Assembly: GCA_963740355.1 (NCBI GenBank)
Contig: CAVUDW010000003.1
Location: 1,216,001 to 1,280,000 of the forward strand
DNA: 64,000 nucleotides
Direction: 5' to 3'
DNA from: an uncultured Gemmatimonadaceae bacterium
Lineage (GTDB): Bacteria; Gemmatimonadota; Gemmatimonadetes; Gemmatimonadales; Gemmatimonadaceae
Below, one piece after another: positions 1 to 9,957 of the stretch. The notes beneath the pieces were generated by a model. That model worked only from the letters and a program-made list of their open reading frames with translations, ran no database searches and was not told the DNA's origin. Both the position numbers and the translations under genes were made by a program. Every line of letters starts with the position of its first letter. The first letter of the stretch is position 1.

Positions 1-849
1 CGCCATCTTCTGCGACACCAGCGCCTCACGTCCGACAAAGCGCTCCTTGGCGGTGAGCTTCACCAACCACGCCAGGTTCGCCTCGTATGGCGTGACGGTA
101 TCATCGATGTCGTTGCCGTAGAGCGCCATGCCCATCTCGAGACGCAGTGTGTCGCGCGCACCGAGACCAGCCGGCGTCACGTCACCCGCCGACATCAGCG
201 CGGCCCACATCGCCGGTGCATCGGTGTCGTTGAAATAGAGTTCGAAGCCATCTTCGCCGGTGTAGCCGGTGCGACTGATGATGACGTTCTCGATGCCAGC
301 GACGGTGCCAACTGTGAAGTGGTAGTACTTGATCGACGCCAGGTCGACATCCGTGTGGCGCGCGAGGATGGCGGGGGCAAGTGGTCCCTGCAACGCCAGC
401 AACGCGGTCTTGCCGCTCACATCCTCGAGCTGCGCGTCGAAGGTCAGCAATCGCGGTTCGATGTGCGCCCAATCCTTCGCGATGTTGGACGCATTGACCA
501 CCAGCATCAGGTGATCCTCGAACCGATAGACGAGGCAATCATCCTCGATCGTTCCGCGTTCATTGCAGAAGGTCGAATAGTGCGCCTGCCCAACCGCCAG
601 CTTGGAGACGTCGTTGGTGGTGACGTAGTTGACGAAATCGACGGCGCCCGGCCCGGTGACGAGAAACTCGCCCATGTGGCTGACGTCGAAGAGGCCACAG
701 GCCTTGCGCACCGCATGGTGCTCCGCGGTGATGCCGCCTGGGTATTGCACCGGCATCTCGAACCCAGCGAACGGCACGATCTTGGCGCCAAGGGCAACGT
801 GGGTGTCGTAGAGCGCGGTGCGCTGGAGCGTGGAGTCTGGGGCGGACAT
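1..849 (-). CDS. gcvT: Glycine cleavage system aminomethyltransferase T (3' end runs off the window)
   Basis: Manual translation from ATG at 849: [62 protein letters not shown], later [16 protein letters not shown] and [13 protein letters not shown], all GcvT motifs. Absent from the ORF track because the stop lies outside the window. Confidence 0.97.
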   Translation of the reverse strand, partial: MSAPDSTLQRTALYDTHVALGAKIVPFAGFEMPVQYPGGITAEHHAVRKACGLFDVSHMGEFLVTGPGAVDFVNYVTTNDVSKLAVGQAHYSTFCNERGTIEDDCLVYRFEDHLMLVVNASNIAKDWAHIEPRLLTFDAQLEDVSGKTALLALQGPLAPAILARHTDVDLASIKYYHFTVGTVAGIENVIISRTGYTGEDGFELYFNDTDAPAMWAALMSAGDVTPAGLGARDTLRLEMGMALYGNDIDDTVTPYEANLAWLVKLTAKERFVGREALVSQKMA

Positions 850-939
850 GGCGGGAAGGCAGAAGTAGGTGCCGAACTGGCAGAATCGAAAACTACCACA
901 GGATCTGCCCGCCGTCAGGACGTCGTCAGCGCCACATAT

Positions 940-3066
940 TCAGGTCCCGTCCGGCAGTCGCTGCCGAGCCGCGCCATCGTCCTGCCGAGCCATGTGCGCC
1001 GCGCGCCTGAGGCCGGCAATGGTGGTCAGGATCTGTCGATCGTCGACAGGCTTCACGAGGTGGGCGTCGAAGCCGGCGGCAAATGACTGTGTCCGGTCGT
1101 CTTCCCGCCCCCAGCCCGTCAGCGCGATCATGATGGCGCGACTCGCAGCACGACTCTGCGAGCGAATCCGGCGACAGGCCTCGTACCCGTCCAGCACCGG
1201 CAATCCGATGTCGAGGAGTATGACGTCCGGATCGAGCTGCAACGCACTGTCGACTGCGTGCTGACCATCGAACGCTGTGTGGGTGTCGTGGCCCGACAGG
1301 CTCAGCATCATCGCCAGCGAGAGGGCGGCGTCCCGATTGTCATCAACGATCAGGATGCGGAGCGGCGGCAACGTGCCGGCGTCCTCCGCCGACGGCGCCC
1401 CTCCGACCGCGGGGATCGGCTGCTGCAGCGGAAGCGTCACGACGAATTCACTGCCGGTGCCGTTCTCGGCTGCTCGCGCCTCCACCGTGCCATGGTGCAA
1501 CTCGATCAGGCTCTTCACGACCGTCAGTCCAATGCCAAGCCCACCTTGCGAGCGATGCTTCGATCGATCGAGCTGCGTGAACATTTCGAAGATGCTGCCA
1601 CGCATTTCCGAGGGGATGCCAACCCCTTCATCACGCAGGGTGACCACCACCTGACCATCGAGGACCTCGGCCGAGAGCCAGATGGTGCTGTCGTGCGGGC
1701 TGAATTTCGAGGCGTTGCCAATCAGGTTGCTGAATACCTGCGAGAGGCGCACCACGTCGCCATCGATCGTGACTGACGGCGGCACGAGGGACGAGTGAAA
1801 TTTCTGGTTCGCCGCCTCGAGCATCGGTCGACAAGCATCCAGTGCCTGCTCGACGATGGCGTGCAGTTGGACTTGCTCCCACCGCAGCGCAATCGTGCCG
1901 CGATTGATGCGACTGACATCGAGCAGGTCGTCGACCAGGCGCACCATGTGCGTGACCTGCCGCTGCAGCATGGCCACCGCCGTCTGTCGCGCGACCGGAT
2001 GCATGTCGGACATCTCGACGATGCGGAGGCCGCTCATGATCGGCGCCAAGGGATTGCGCAGCTCGTGCGCCAGCATCGCGAGAAACTCCGTCTTGCGTCG
2101 ATCGGAATCCGACAACTCCGATGCCACTCGACGCACCCCTTCCTCGATCTGCTTGCGGGCCGTCACGTCGCGCGACGAACCGGCCACCGCGATCACCGCA
2201 CCATTCGCGTCGAAGACAGGGACGAAGATGAAGTCGTAGACATGGAAACCGCTGGCGCCGGCGAGAGACATCTCCCCGCGAGTCGCGGCCCGAGACGACA
2301 CGACGACGTCGATCTCATGTTCATGCAGGGCAGCGGTGTCCGCCGCATATCCGAGCTCACGACAGGTCTGGCCGAGTGCGTTCGCTGGCGTGCGGCTGAG
2401 GGATTCAAGCAGCACGTTGTTCGCGTACAGCAATCGGTAGGACAAATCGAAGACGTATACCAGGTCCGGCGTATTCGAGAGGATGGCCTCGTACAGGCGC
2501 TGCTGCTCCATGTTCGCCTGGACGGTGCTCGCACGTACCGACGCCGCTTCGCGCTCCTGAGCGGCGCTGGCGTGTCGATGCATCGCTTCGCCGACCTCTG
2601 GTGTCTGCGCGGCGGCGACGAAAAGGCCTTCGACCGTGACGCCGTCGAGGTCGAGTATCGGACTCAGGCTCCATGCCATGCGGCGCGCCTGGGCTGCGCC
2701 GTTGACGGAGTCTTTCGGCGCCGACACGATCGCGAGATCGCCGACGCTCTCACGACTATCACAAACGTGATCCACGACGGGGCCCACTGATTCCCACACC
2801 TCAGGCCAGAGCAGGTGTGCGGGCGTTCCAGGCGTCGAGTCGCGCGCGCCGGGACTGAGCAACGGCAGGCATGCGTCGTTGTGGAAGACCTGATGCTGCG
2901 GTCCCCACCAGATCTGCAGCGGCGCAGGCGAAAGCAGGAGGAGACGGATCGCAACGCGAAGCGTCGTCGGCCACTCTGCTGCTGCGAGGTCGCCCTGTCC
3001 AGCCCACGTTGTAGCACGCATCCGGCGCGCCATGATGCTGTCACCGGGAAAATACTGCGAATCCAT
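940..3066 (-). CDS. Hybrid sensor histidine kinase (PAS-like, PAS, HisKA, HATPase_c, REC)
   Basis: H-box FLAMLAHELRNPLAPI, N-box NLIGNASKF, G2 GGLGIGL, C-terminal receiver RILIVDD...LLDIGLP...HLVKP. Confidence 0.93.
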   Translation of the reverse strand: MDSQYFPGDSIMARRMRATTWAGQGDLAAAEWPTTLRVAIRLLLLSPAPLQIWWGPQHQVFHNDACLPLLSPGARDSTPGTPAHLLWPEVWESVGPVVDHVCDSRESVGDLAIVSAPKDSVNGAAQARRMAWSLSPILDLDGVTVEGLFVAAAQTPEVGEAMHRHASAAQEREAASVRASTVQANMEQQRLYEAILSNTPDLVYVFDLSYRLLYANNVLLESLSRTPANALGQTCRELGYAADTAALHEHEIDVVVSSRAATRGEMSLAGASGFHVYDFIFVPVFDANGAVIAVAGSSRDVTARKQIEEGVRRVASELSDSDRRKTEFLAMLAHELRNPLAPIMSGLRIVEMSDMHPVARQTAVAMLQRQVTHMVRLVDDLLDVSRINRGTIALRWEQVQLHAIVEQALDACRPMLEAANQKFHSSLVPPSVTIDGDVVRLSQVFSNLIGNASKFSPHDSTIWLSAEVLDGQVVVTLRDEGVGIPSEMRGSIFEMFTQLDRSKHRSQGGLGIGLTVVKSLIELHHGTVEARAAENGTGSEFVVTLPLQQPIPAVGGAPSAEDAGTLPPLRILIVDDNRDAALSLAMMLSLSGHDTHTAFDGQHAVDSALQLDPDVILLDIGLPVLDGYEACRRIRSQSRAASRAIMIALTGWGREDDRTQSFAAGFDAHLVKPVDDRQILTTIAGLRRAAHMARQDDGAARQRLPDGT

Positions 3067-3422
3067 CGAGTCTTTGGCAGGTCAGTGCACGGACCGCGCG
3101 CCATCACTACCGCTCTTCGAGGCTTGCTCGAGAATTGCTGGAGCGGTAAGGTGCAGCGTGCAGTCTTCCGTGTGGCGCGGCAACGACCCGCTGAAGCACG
3201 GCACTGGTTCGGTCGAAGACCGCTGCCTGTGCCCGCACTTCCAGCCCACGCGCAGAGTCTCGATCAACGCATGGCACTGCAACGATCATAACGCCGTGTC
3301 GCATCTGCCGCTGGCGCCGCCGGAATTTCCGGTGGCGCCAGCGGTGACCAACGCAACGGGCAGCGATGACAGGCGATTACCGACCAGCCGCGTTCGTGCC
3401 GTACTGGTCGGGGCGATCCGGC

Positions 3423-4019
3423 TCAGGACCAGGAGGCACGCACATTCTTCGCCACATCGGCGAGGACGCTGCTCTGCGCCGGCAGACCTTCACTCTGCAG
3501 GAAGGTGACGGTCGCAGCTGGAATGGCCTTCTGCAGTGACATCACAGACTCGGCGTGCTGCGCGAGGTGGGTGTGCGCAAGGTCAGCCACGCTGTCGTCG
3601 CCCAGGGAGAGCGCGGTGGTGTGCAGCATGACATAGCCGATGTACGCGAGCGAGACGGCGGTGTAGTCGTCGCGGAGATCCTTGGGCAGCTTCTCTGAGC
3701 GCACGAAGTCGACCGCGGCCGCGCCGGCGCCGAGCACGGACGAGACGGCCTTCTTCAGGACCTTCGACACACCGCCGGCGTTCTGCTCGCGCCGGTTCGA
3801 CAGCGCCTCGAGCGCCTGCAGGTGGGCCTCAGTCGTCGCATGAATGCGTAGCAGGACGCCCTTGAACTCGCTGTGCTCGTCCAGATCCTCGATCTGCCCG
3901 GCCAACGCGGTCTGAATGTGCGATTCCAGCGCAATCATGTCCGTGACATAACTGTCGATCGTTTCAGTGACGTCGTCACTGGTTGCGTGCTTCACTGCAT
4001 CGGTCATATCGACGCTCAT
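3423..4019 (-). CDS. Ferritin-like DUF892 (YciE/YciF-like) stress protein
   Basis: Helical-bundle motifs YVTDMIALESHI, TTEAHLQALE, LRDDYTA...GYVMLHTTA. Start uncertain (4007, 4019 or 4049). Confidence 0.7.
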   Translation of the reverse strand: MSVDMTDAVKHATSDDVTETIDSYVTDMIALESHIQTALAGQIEDLDEHSEFKGVLLRIHATTEAHLQALEALSNRREQNAGGVSKVLKKAVSSVLGAGAAAVDFVRSEKLPKDLRDDYTAVSLAYIGYVMLHTTALSLGDDSVADLAHTHLAQHAESVMSLQKAIPAATVTFLQSEGLPAQSSVLADVAKNVRASWS

Positions 4020-4984
4020 GGCTGAGGTGTGACTGCTGATTTCGACCACTTACCTGTTTCCCAACGCGACCGCAGGACACGCGTGTCGAGGCACCGGTGT
4101 TGCGCCAGCGCGCGCGACGTGCGTGGTACCGAAGACGAAAAAGCGGCACGCAAGCACACCGAGCCGGTGTCTCACGCGCCGCAAACGAGGATCCTGACGA
4201 TATCCACGCTTCAGCTTCCTTCTGCTGTTGTCCTTTGTACCCTTGCTGCAACACTTTCGTATGCTGCGCCAGGGTGCTCTCTGTTGCAGCTGATGTTGGA
4301 CACTTCATTTGCAAGTCGTGTTCCACACGTTGCCAGCGTTCGGCGTGGAATATCTGCAGTTATGCAGGCAAGTCCCGCATGTGACGGAGACGACTCTACG
4401 TCGCAGGCCAGCGCCAGCTCATCGTCAGGACGACAAGTGACGATACCGAGGTTGTGGGCGCCGCACCTTGCGCCGCCCCGTTTCAGCGCATAGTGTCTTG
4501 AGAAGAACAAAAGAATGCGCGAACGCAGCGCATGCCTGATCGAACGAGCACTTGGCTCGTCAGATGATGGCGCGAGTGGCCCTTGAGGCCGCCCGCGCTT
4601 TTTTTGTGCCCTTCATTTTGCTCGCGACTCGACCCGAGACGCAGGGAGCTCGATCCATGTTTTCGGAACTTCGCGGGCACACCGATCCTGACGCGCTCCC
4701 GCACCTCACGCTGAGCGCAGCCACGAGCAGTGGGCCTTTGCAGATCCAGACGGAAGAGCCGACGCTCGAAGTGTGAGTGTTGGAGACGCAGCGTCAGCTG
4801 TACCGGCTCGAAGAAATTGTGCATCGACTCACGTCCGTCGCCGGCAAGGGTGGCGAACCGGCGGCGGGCGTGATGTCGCTCATTCAGGAGAGCAACCGGC
4901 GGCTACGCCGCGAAGTCGATGAGTTCACGCTCGATTCGCACGCCGTGCTGAGACTGGTGCGGCCGACCGGCCGAACTGTCCGGC

Positions 4985-5335
4985 CTACGGCGTCAGTGCC
5001 GCCAGCAAACTGACCATGTTCGGCGGCTTCGTCAGGTGCGCGTCGAAGCCGGCATCGAACGCGCGCTGACGATCTTCATCCTGGCCCCAGCCGGTGAGCG
5101 CAATCAGCCGCAGATGCTCACCGCCGGCTCGAGCCCTCATCGCACGCGCGACATCGTACCCGTTCAAACGCGGCATCCCGATGTCGAGCAGCACGACATC
5201 GGGGTGAAATGTCGTGACCGCACCGAGCGCCTGCTCACCGTCCGTCGCCACGAACACATCGTGGCCATGAATGGAGAGCAATAGCGCCAGGCTCTCCGCG
5301 GCATCCTGATTGTCATCGGCGATCAGGATGCGCAT
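4985..5335 (-). CDS. Single-domain response regulator (REC)
   Basis: MRILIADDNQD...VVLLDIGMP...IALTGWG...HLTKP. GGTGAGG precedes the ATG at 5335; an alternative GTG at 5383 overlaps the upstream stop. Confidence 0.9.
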   Translation of the reverse strand: MRILIADDNQDAAESLALLLSIHGHDVFVATDGEQALGAVTTFHPDVVLLDIGMPRLNGYDVARAMRARAGGEHLRLIALTGWGQDEDRQRAFDAGFDAHLTKPPNMVSLLAALTP

Positions 5336-5379
5336 TGAGACTGCCTCACCGTCGCCACGCGGAATCGCGCTGCTCGCGC

Positions 5380-5775
5380 TCACCCGATCAGGTGCCTCAG
5401 CGTCCGCTGCAACGCTTCATGATCCACTGGCTTGACGAGGTGCGCGTCGAAACCCGCTTCCACCGACTTGCGACGATCATCCTCCTGCCCCCAACCGGTC
5501 AGCGCCACGACGACGAGTCGGTTCGTCCGCGGAGTCAACCGAAGCTCACGGCACACTTCATAGCCGTTGAGCTTGGGCATCCCGATGTCGAGCAGGACCA
5601 CGTCGGGGTGAAATTCAGCCGCCACAGCGAGCGCTTCTTCGCCGTCAAAGGCGGTGGCCGTCTCGTGCCCGGTGAGGCTCAACAGCACAGAAAGCGAATT
5701 CGCGGAGTCGCGATTGTCGTCCACCACCAGGATGCGCAGCGCAGGCGACATGGCGACGGCCGCCACCAACGTCAC
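5380..5775 (-). CDS. Receiver domain, probably the frameshifted C-terminus of the upstream kinase
   Basis: LRILVVDDNRDS...LLDIGMP...HLVKP. Overlaps the kinase ORF by about 130 nt in the +1 frame. Confidence 0.75.
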   Translation of the reverse strand: MTLVAAVAMSPALRILVVDDNRDSANSLSVLLSLTGHETATAFDGEEALAVAAEFHPDVVLLDIGMPKLNGYEVCRELRLTPRTNRLVVVALTGWGQEDDRRKSVEAGFDAHLVKPVDHEALQRTLRHLIG

Positions 5776-7765
5776 CGATTTCGGGCTCCGCTACCGGCAC
5801 ACGCGGCAGGCTGACGAGGAACGCGCTTCCGGTTCCTGGACCGTCGCTCCGTGCCACCACCGTGCCGTCATGTTGCTCGATCACACTCCGAACGAGCGTG
5901 AGACCGATACCGAGCCCCCCATGCTCTCGCTCGCGCGTGAGTTCGACCTGGGTGAACATCTCGAAGATGCTGGTGAGCATGTCCTGAGGGATGCCAACGC
6001 CGTAATCCCGAACGGTTACGTCGACCCTATCAGCCGTTGCCGCGACGAGAACATCGATGTCGGCCGAAGCAGAGCTGAACTTGCTGGCGTTGACGACGAG
6101 GTTGGTAAAGGCCTGCACCAGCCGGACCGCATCCCCGTCTACGACGATTGACGGATCCATGCCTCGCACGTTCAGCCGCTGATTCAGCGCCGTGATCGTT
6201 GGCTCGACGGCCTCGGTCACGAGATCGAGCACCTCACCCAGTGCAACCGGCTCGCGTCGCAGCTCGATCGTGCCTCGACTGATGCGACTCACGTCGAGCA
6301 GGTCGTTCACCAGGCGAACCATGTGCATGACCTGGCGCTCCATCATCCCCGCCGCTGACAGGCGCGAGACCCGATCACCATCTGCGCGCTGGATGATCTG
6401 AATGCCATTCAGGATCGGCGAGAGCGGATTGCGCAGCTCGTGCGCCAGCATCGCCAGGAACTCATTCTTGCGGCGATCCGACTCGGACAGTCGAGCCGCC
6501 AACAGCCGCAGCTCCTCTTCACGCTCCTTGATCTCAGTGACATCTCGCGTGGTGCCGGCAACGGCGACCACGTCGCCTTGCGCATTGAACACCGGCACGA
6601 GGATGTAGTCGTACATCCTGCGGCCGAAGGCACCGGAAAAGGGCACTTCGCCGCGCACGGTCTGCCCGGTCGCGACGATGTGGTCGATTTCACGGTCGTG
6701 CATGGCGGCGTGCCATGGCTCGTAGCCGAGTTCGAGGCAATTGCGGCCAATGGCCTCGTCGTACGTCCTGCCCCACATGCGCAACAACACTTCGTTGGCG
6801 TAGGTGAACCGATGATCGAGATCCCAGACGTACGCGAGATCGGGGGTGTTCGTGAGGATGGCTTCGTAGGTGCGCCGCTGCGCCTCACGATCACTGGCCG
6901 TCGTGCGCAAGGCGGCATCGGTAGCCTTCTCGGCCGAGACGTCGCGGAAGTAGAGCATCAGGCCAGAGGTCGCCGGGATGCACCAGACTTCATACCAGCG
7001 CGCGTGGTCGGGATAATACGAGGTCACCGACCCTCCCACCCGCTCCGACATCGACGACCGCATCAGGGTCTCGAACTCGCTCCCGATCACGCCCGGAAAG
7101 ACCTCGAAAGCGGTGCGTCCGAGTAACTCTCCTTCTGCGACAGCCAGCAGCTCGTAGGCCTTGGGATTGAGGAAGGTGAAGCAGAACTTTGCGTCCAGCG
7201 TGAGGAACGCATCGGGCAGCGATTCAAGGAATCGCGTCAGATCACCAACGGCTTCAAAAAACGCGTGGGTCGGCTGATCTGCGAGGCGTTCCCTCGCATC
7301 CTCGATTTCCGGCTCAGCGACGATGGTGCTCAGCACCCCTTCAACTCGGCGCATCTCGGCGTCGAAGATCGGTTGCAGCAGCAGCGTCGCGGTCTTGCTC
7401 AGCCGCTGTCTGGTCGAGACGAGCGGCAGGGGGATGTCATGCAGCACCGCGCTCACACCATCACGCATGAGGGCGCTGATCGTGGGCTCCATGGCAGGCC
7501 ATGTGGGCCCGTACAACGTCTTCGCAGGCGCTGGGGGCGCCGGTCTCCGGTGATCGCCGCCCCGAGCGCGATGGCTCGCGGCATTCTCGAACACGAGGAG
7601 CGGGCCACCCCCACTCCACCAGACCTGCATTGGCGCGGGCGATTGCCATGCGTTGCGAAGGTTCGCGCTCAACACCGTCGGCAATTCCGATTCGGCACCG
7701 ATCCCAAGCGCAGTCTTGACATCCGCGTCACGAAACTCGCCCCTCACGAGGCTGGCATCACGCAT
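5645..7765 (-). CDS. PAS-domain sensor histidine kinase (hybrid kinase apparently split by a frameshift)
   Basis: Two PAS domains, FLAMLAHELRNPLSPI, NLVVNASKF, GGLGIGL. The last ~40 aa look like out-of-frame sequence over the REC domain. Confidence 0.88.
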   Translation of the reverse strand: MRDASLVRGEFRDADVKTALGIGAESELPTVLSANLRNAWQSPAPMQVWWSGGGPLLVFENAASHRARGGDHRRPAPPAPAKTLYGPTWPAMEPTISALMRDGVSAVLHDIPLPLVSTRQRLSKTATLLLQPIFDAEMRRVEGVLSTIVAEPEIEDARERLADQPTHAFFEAVGDLTRFLESLPDAFLTLDAKFCFTFLNPKAYELLAVAEGELLGRTAFEVFPGVIGSEFETLMRSSMSERVGGSVTSYYPDHARWYEVWCIPATSGLMLYFRDVSAEKATDAALRTTASDREAQRRTYEAILTNTPDLAYVWDLDHRFTYANEVLLRMWGRTYDEAIGRNCLELGYEPWHAAMHDREIDHIVATGQTVRGEVPFSGAFGRRMYDYILVPVFNAQGDVVAVAGTTRDVTEIKEREEELRLLAARLSESDRRKNEFLAMLAHELRNPLSPILNGIQIIQRADGDRVSRLSAAGMMERQVMHMVRLVNDLLDVSRISRGTIELRREPVALGEVLDLVTEAVEPTITALNQRLNVRGMDPSIVVDGDAVRLVQAFTNLVVNASKFSSASADIDVLVAATADRVDVTVRDYGVGIPQDMLTSIFEMFTQVELTREREHGGLGIGLTLVRSVIEQHDGTVVARSDGPGTGSAFLVSLPRVPVAEPEIGDVGGGRRHVACAAHPGGGRQSRLREFAFCAVEPHRARDGHRL

Positions 7766-8298
7766 GCATCCCTCCGGCGATGCTGACGCACGCGGCGCAC
7801 GTCGTCAGGCTGCTGCCTGCGCCCGTGTGTCCGCGAGAAACTTGGCATCGAAGTGATATATCGAACTCGCGTTCGGAATGGCTCATCGTGATCAACCGGT
7901 TGTTGTCAGCACCGAGGAGCGTTGAATGCACAAAGGCGGCCAGATCACATCGGGTGTGACCGTCGCCGCCTTCGGGCTACAACAGCATTCGTTGCAGGAC
8001 AAGGAACGCGCCTTCGCCATGTCAGGGCACACAGCGAGCTGGGAGTGCATCCGCAGCTCTCTCGACCCCGCAACACGCTCGAGCGTCTGGCTTCAGCCTA
8101 CCCAGGGCATCCGCTGTGTGCAAGCGAACAACGCGACCATTTCGTATCGATGCTGGCGGCCTCTGGCTTGCGCACACACATCCCTGCGCGTACCCCTGCG
8201 AGCAATTTCAGACTGATCACATTTGAGGCTGCCGGTTCAACGCACGCACGCACGACGACAGCATTCATGCGACACACTCTCACCGAGGACGGACGACT

Positions 8299-9228
8299 AT
8301 GGCTCGTGCAATCTGGAAGGGCACACTCGGCTTCGGCCTGGTCAGTATCAGCGTGGAACTCCTCTCCGCTGAGTCGGCGGATGAACTCGACCTCGACCTG
8401 TTGGATCGCCGCGACAATGCGCGGATCGGCTACCTGAAGATCAATAAGTCTACGCAGGAGCCAGTCCCTGCCGAGGAGATCGTGCGCGGCTTTGCGGTAT
8501 CCGACGATCGGTATGTGATCCTGACGGCGGACGATCTCAAGTCGGCGAATCCCAAGGCGACGCAATCGATCGACATCTTCGGTTTCGTTCGCGACGCGGA
8601 GGTGCCGCGCGTGTTCTTCGCCAAGCCGTACTTCGTTTCGCCGTTGAAGGGCAGTGATCGGGCCTATGCGCTGCTCCGTGATGTACTCCGGAAATCTGAG
8701 CAGCTGGCGCTCGCGACCGTGGTCATCCACACGCGCCAGCACGTCGCGGCCGTGTACCCACATGATGGCGCGCTGGTGGTGCAACTGCTTCGGTACGCGG
8801 CAGATCTCAAGTCGCCGGACGACGCCGGCGTAAAATCAGTGCCATCACTCTCTGGTGGCGCGTCGGCGAAGGAGATCGCGATGGCCCAGCAGCTGTTGAC
8901 CAGCATGCAGGAAACGTGGCAGCCGGAGAGCTACCGCGACACGTACCGCGACGATGTGATGAAGTTGATCGCGCAACGGTCGAAAAAGGGCTCGAAAGCC
9001 TCACCCGGCGCAGCCAGCGCGCCCGAGCCCGCCACGAAGGTGCTCGATCTCGTTGCGGCGCTTCAGCGGAGCCTGGCATCCGGCTCAGGGCGGACGCCTG
9101 TTCGGGCATCCCGGAAGCGCGAGCCCACGCGGCGGTCGGACACACCGACGCAGGTGAAGAATACGGCGTCTACGCGCAAGTCGGCAAAACGCGGGACCGT
9201 CAAGAAAAGCCGCGGACGCGTCGCCTGA
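8299..9228 (+). CDS. ku: NHEJ DNA end-binding protein Ku
   Basis: MARAIWKGTLGFGLVSI, YALLRDVL, PESYRDTYRDDV, VLDLVAALQRSL and a basic C-terminal tail. GAGGA lies upstream. Confidence 0.96.
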   Translation: MARAIWKGTLGFGLVSISVELLSAESADELDLDLLDRRDNARIGYLKINKSTQEPVPAEEIVRGFAVSDDRYVILTADDLKSANPKATQSIDIFGFVRDAEVPRVFFAKPYFVSPLKGSDRAYALLRDVLRKSEQLALATVVIHTRQHVAAVYPHDGALVVQLLRYAADLKSPDDAGVKSVPSLSGGASAKEIAMAQQLLTSMQETWQPESYRDTYRDDVMKLIAQRSKKGSKASPGAASAPEPATKVLDLVAALQRSLASGSGRTPVRASRKREPTRRSDTPTQVKNTASTRKSAKRGTVKKSRGRVA

Positions 9229-9267
9229 CGCCATCAGTACCAGCCTCAGGCGAGAGCAGTGGCACAC

Positions 9268-9447
9268 CTACCAGATCATCACACTGCCTTCGTAAAAGGC
9301 GCGTTCCACACCGCTGCAGGACGGTTCTGGATGCGACTCGGTGATGGCTGGCAACGCAAGGGGGAATGGAAGTGATCGATCGACCTTCGGGGCCGACGTT
9401 CGCTTGCCACCTGACCGCCGCAGAAGTCGCGCAAGTGCTGTCCGCAT
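9268..9447 (-). CDS. Possible 59-aa small protein
   Basis: GGAGG Shine-Dalgarno 4 nt before ATG (CTGGAGGACTTATG), inside the otherwise empty ku-ligD gap. No recognisable motif. Confidence 0.3.
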   Translation of the reverse strand: MRTALARLLRRSGGKRTSAPKVDRSLPFPLALPAITESHPEPSCSGVERAFYEGSVMIW

Positions 9448-9957
9448 AAGTCCTCCAGAAAGACAAAATGGCGACGCACGCACACCACTCGGTGTGTTTG
9501 CGCCGCCGACCAGGGAATCAGAACATTCCGTCGCCACGACTTCACTCATGTGTCGCAAAGAGGCGACTCGGCAATCTTAGAGCATTGCAACAACCACGCC
9601 AAGTCCTCAATTCTGGCGCTCACATCAGTTGTCGTCGACGCAACTACTGAATCGCGAAGAAATATCCACTCCGCCGCAGCGCGTGGCAGCGTACTCGAGT
9701 ACAGCGTGATGCGCTGCGTCAGGTGCGGCGAGCGGTTTCTCCTTCAACGATGCGACAGCCAAGCCCAGCCACACTGAACGATCACGCACGGATCTTCACG
9801 TCGCGTGATGGGTTTGACGACGTTCGCTCCTTGCCGTGTGTCAACTGAATCACAAGGCGAAGGCGTGTGCGGCCACCTTTGGCCTCGCGCGCCTTTTTTG
9901 CATGCGAGCAGTTGGTGATCTTCGCCATTTCCACGATCGGCGCAACTCGACGAGACC

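Noticed and set aside
850..939. Glycine riboswitch upstream of gcvT
   Set aside because: Only 90 bp are available and no aptamer motifs were recognised.
7926..8216. 96-aa ORF with GAGGAG upstream of ku, and ORFs in the 4050-4550 gap
   Set aside because: No motif or convincing codon pattern, so they cannot be supported from sequence alone.
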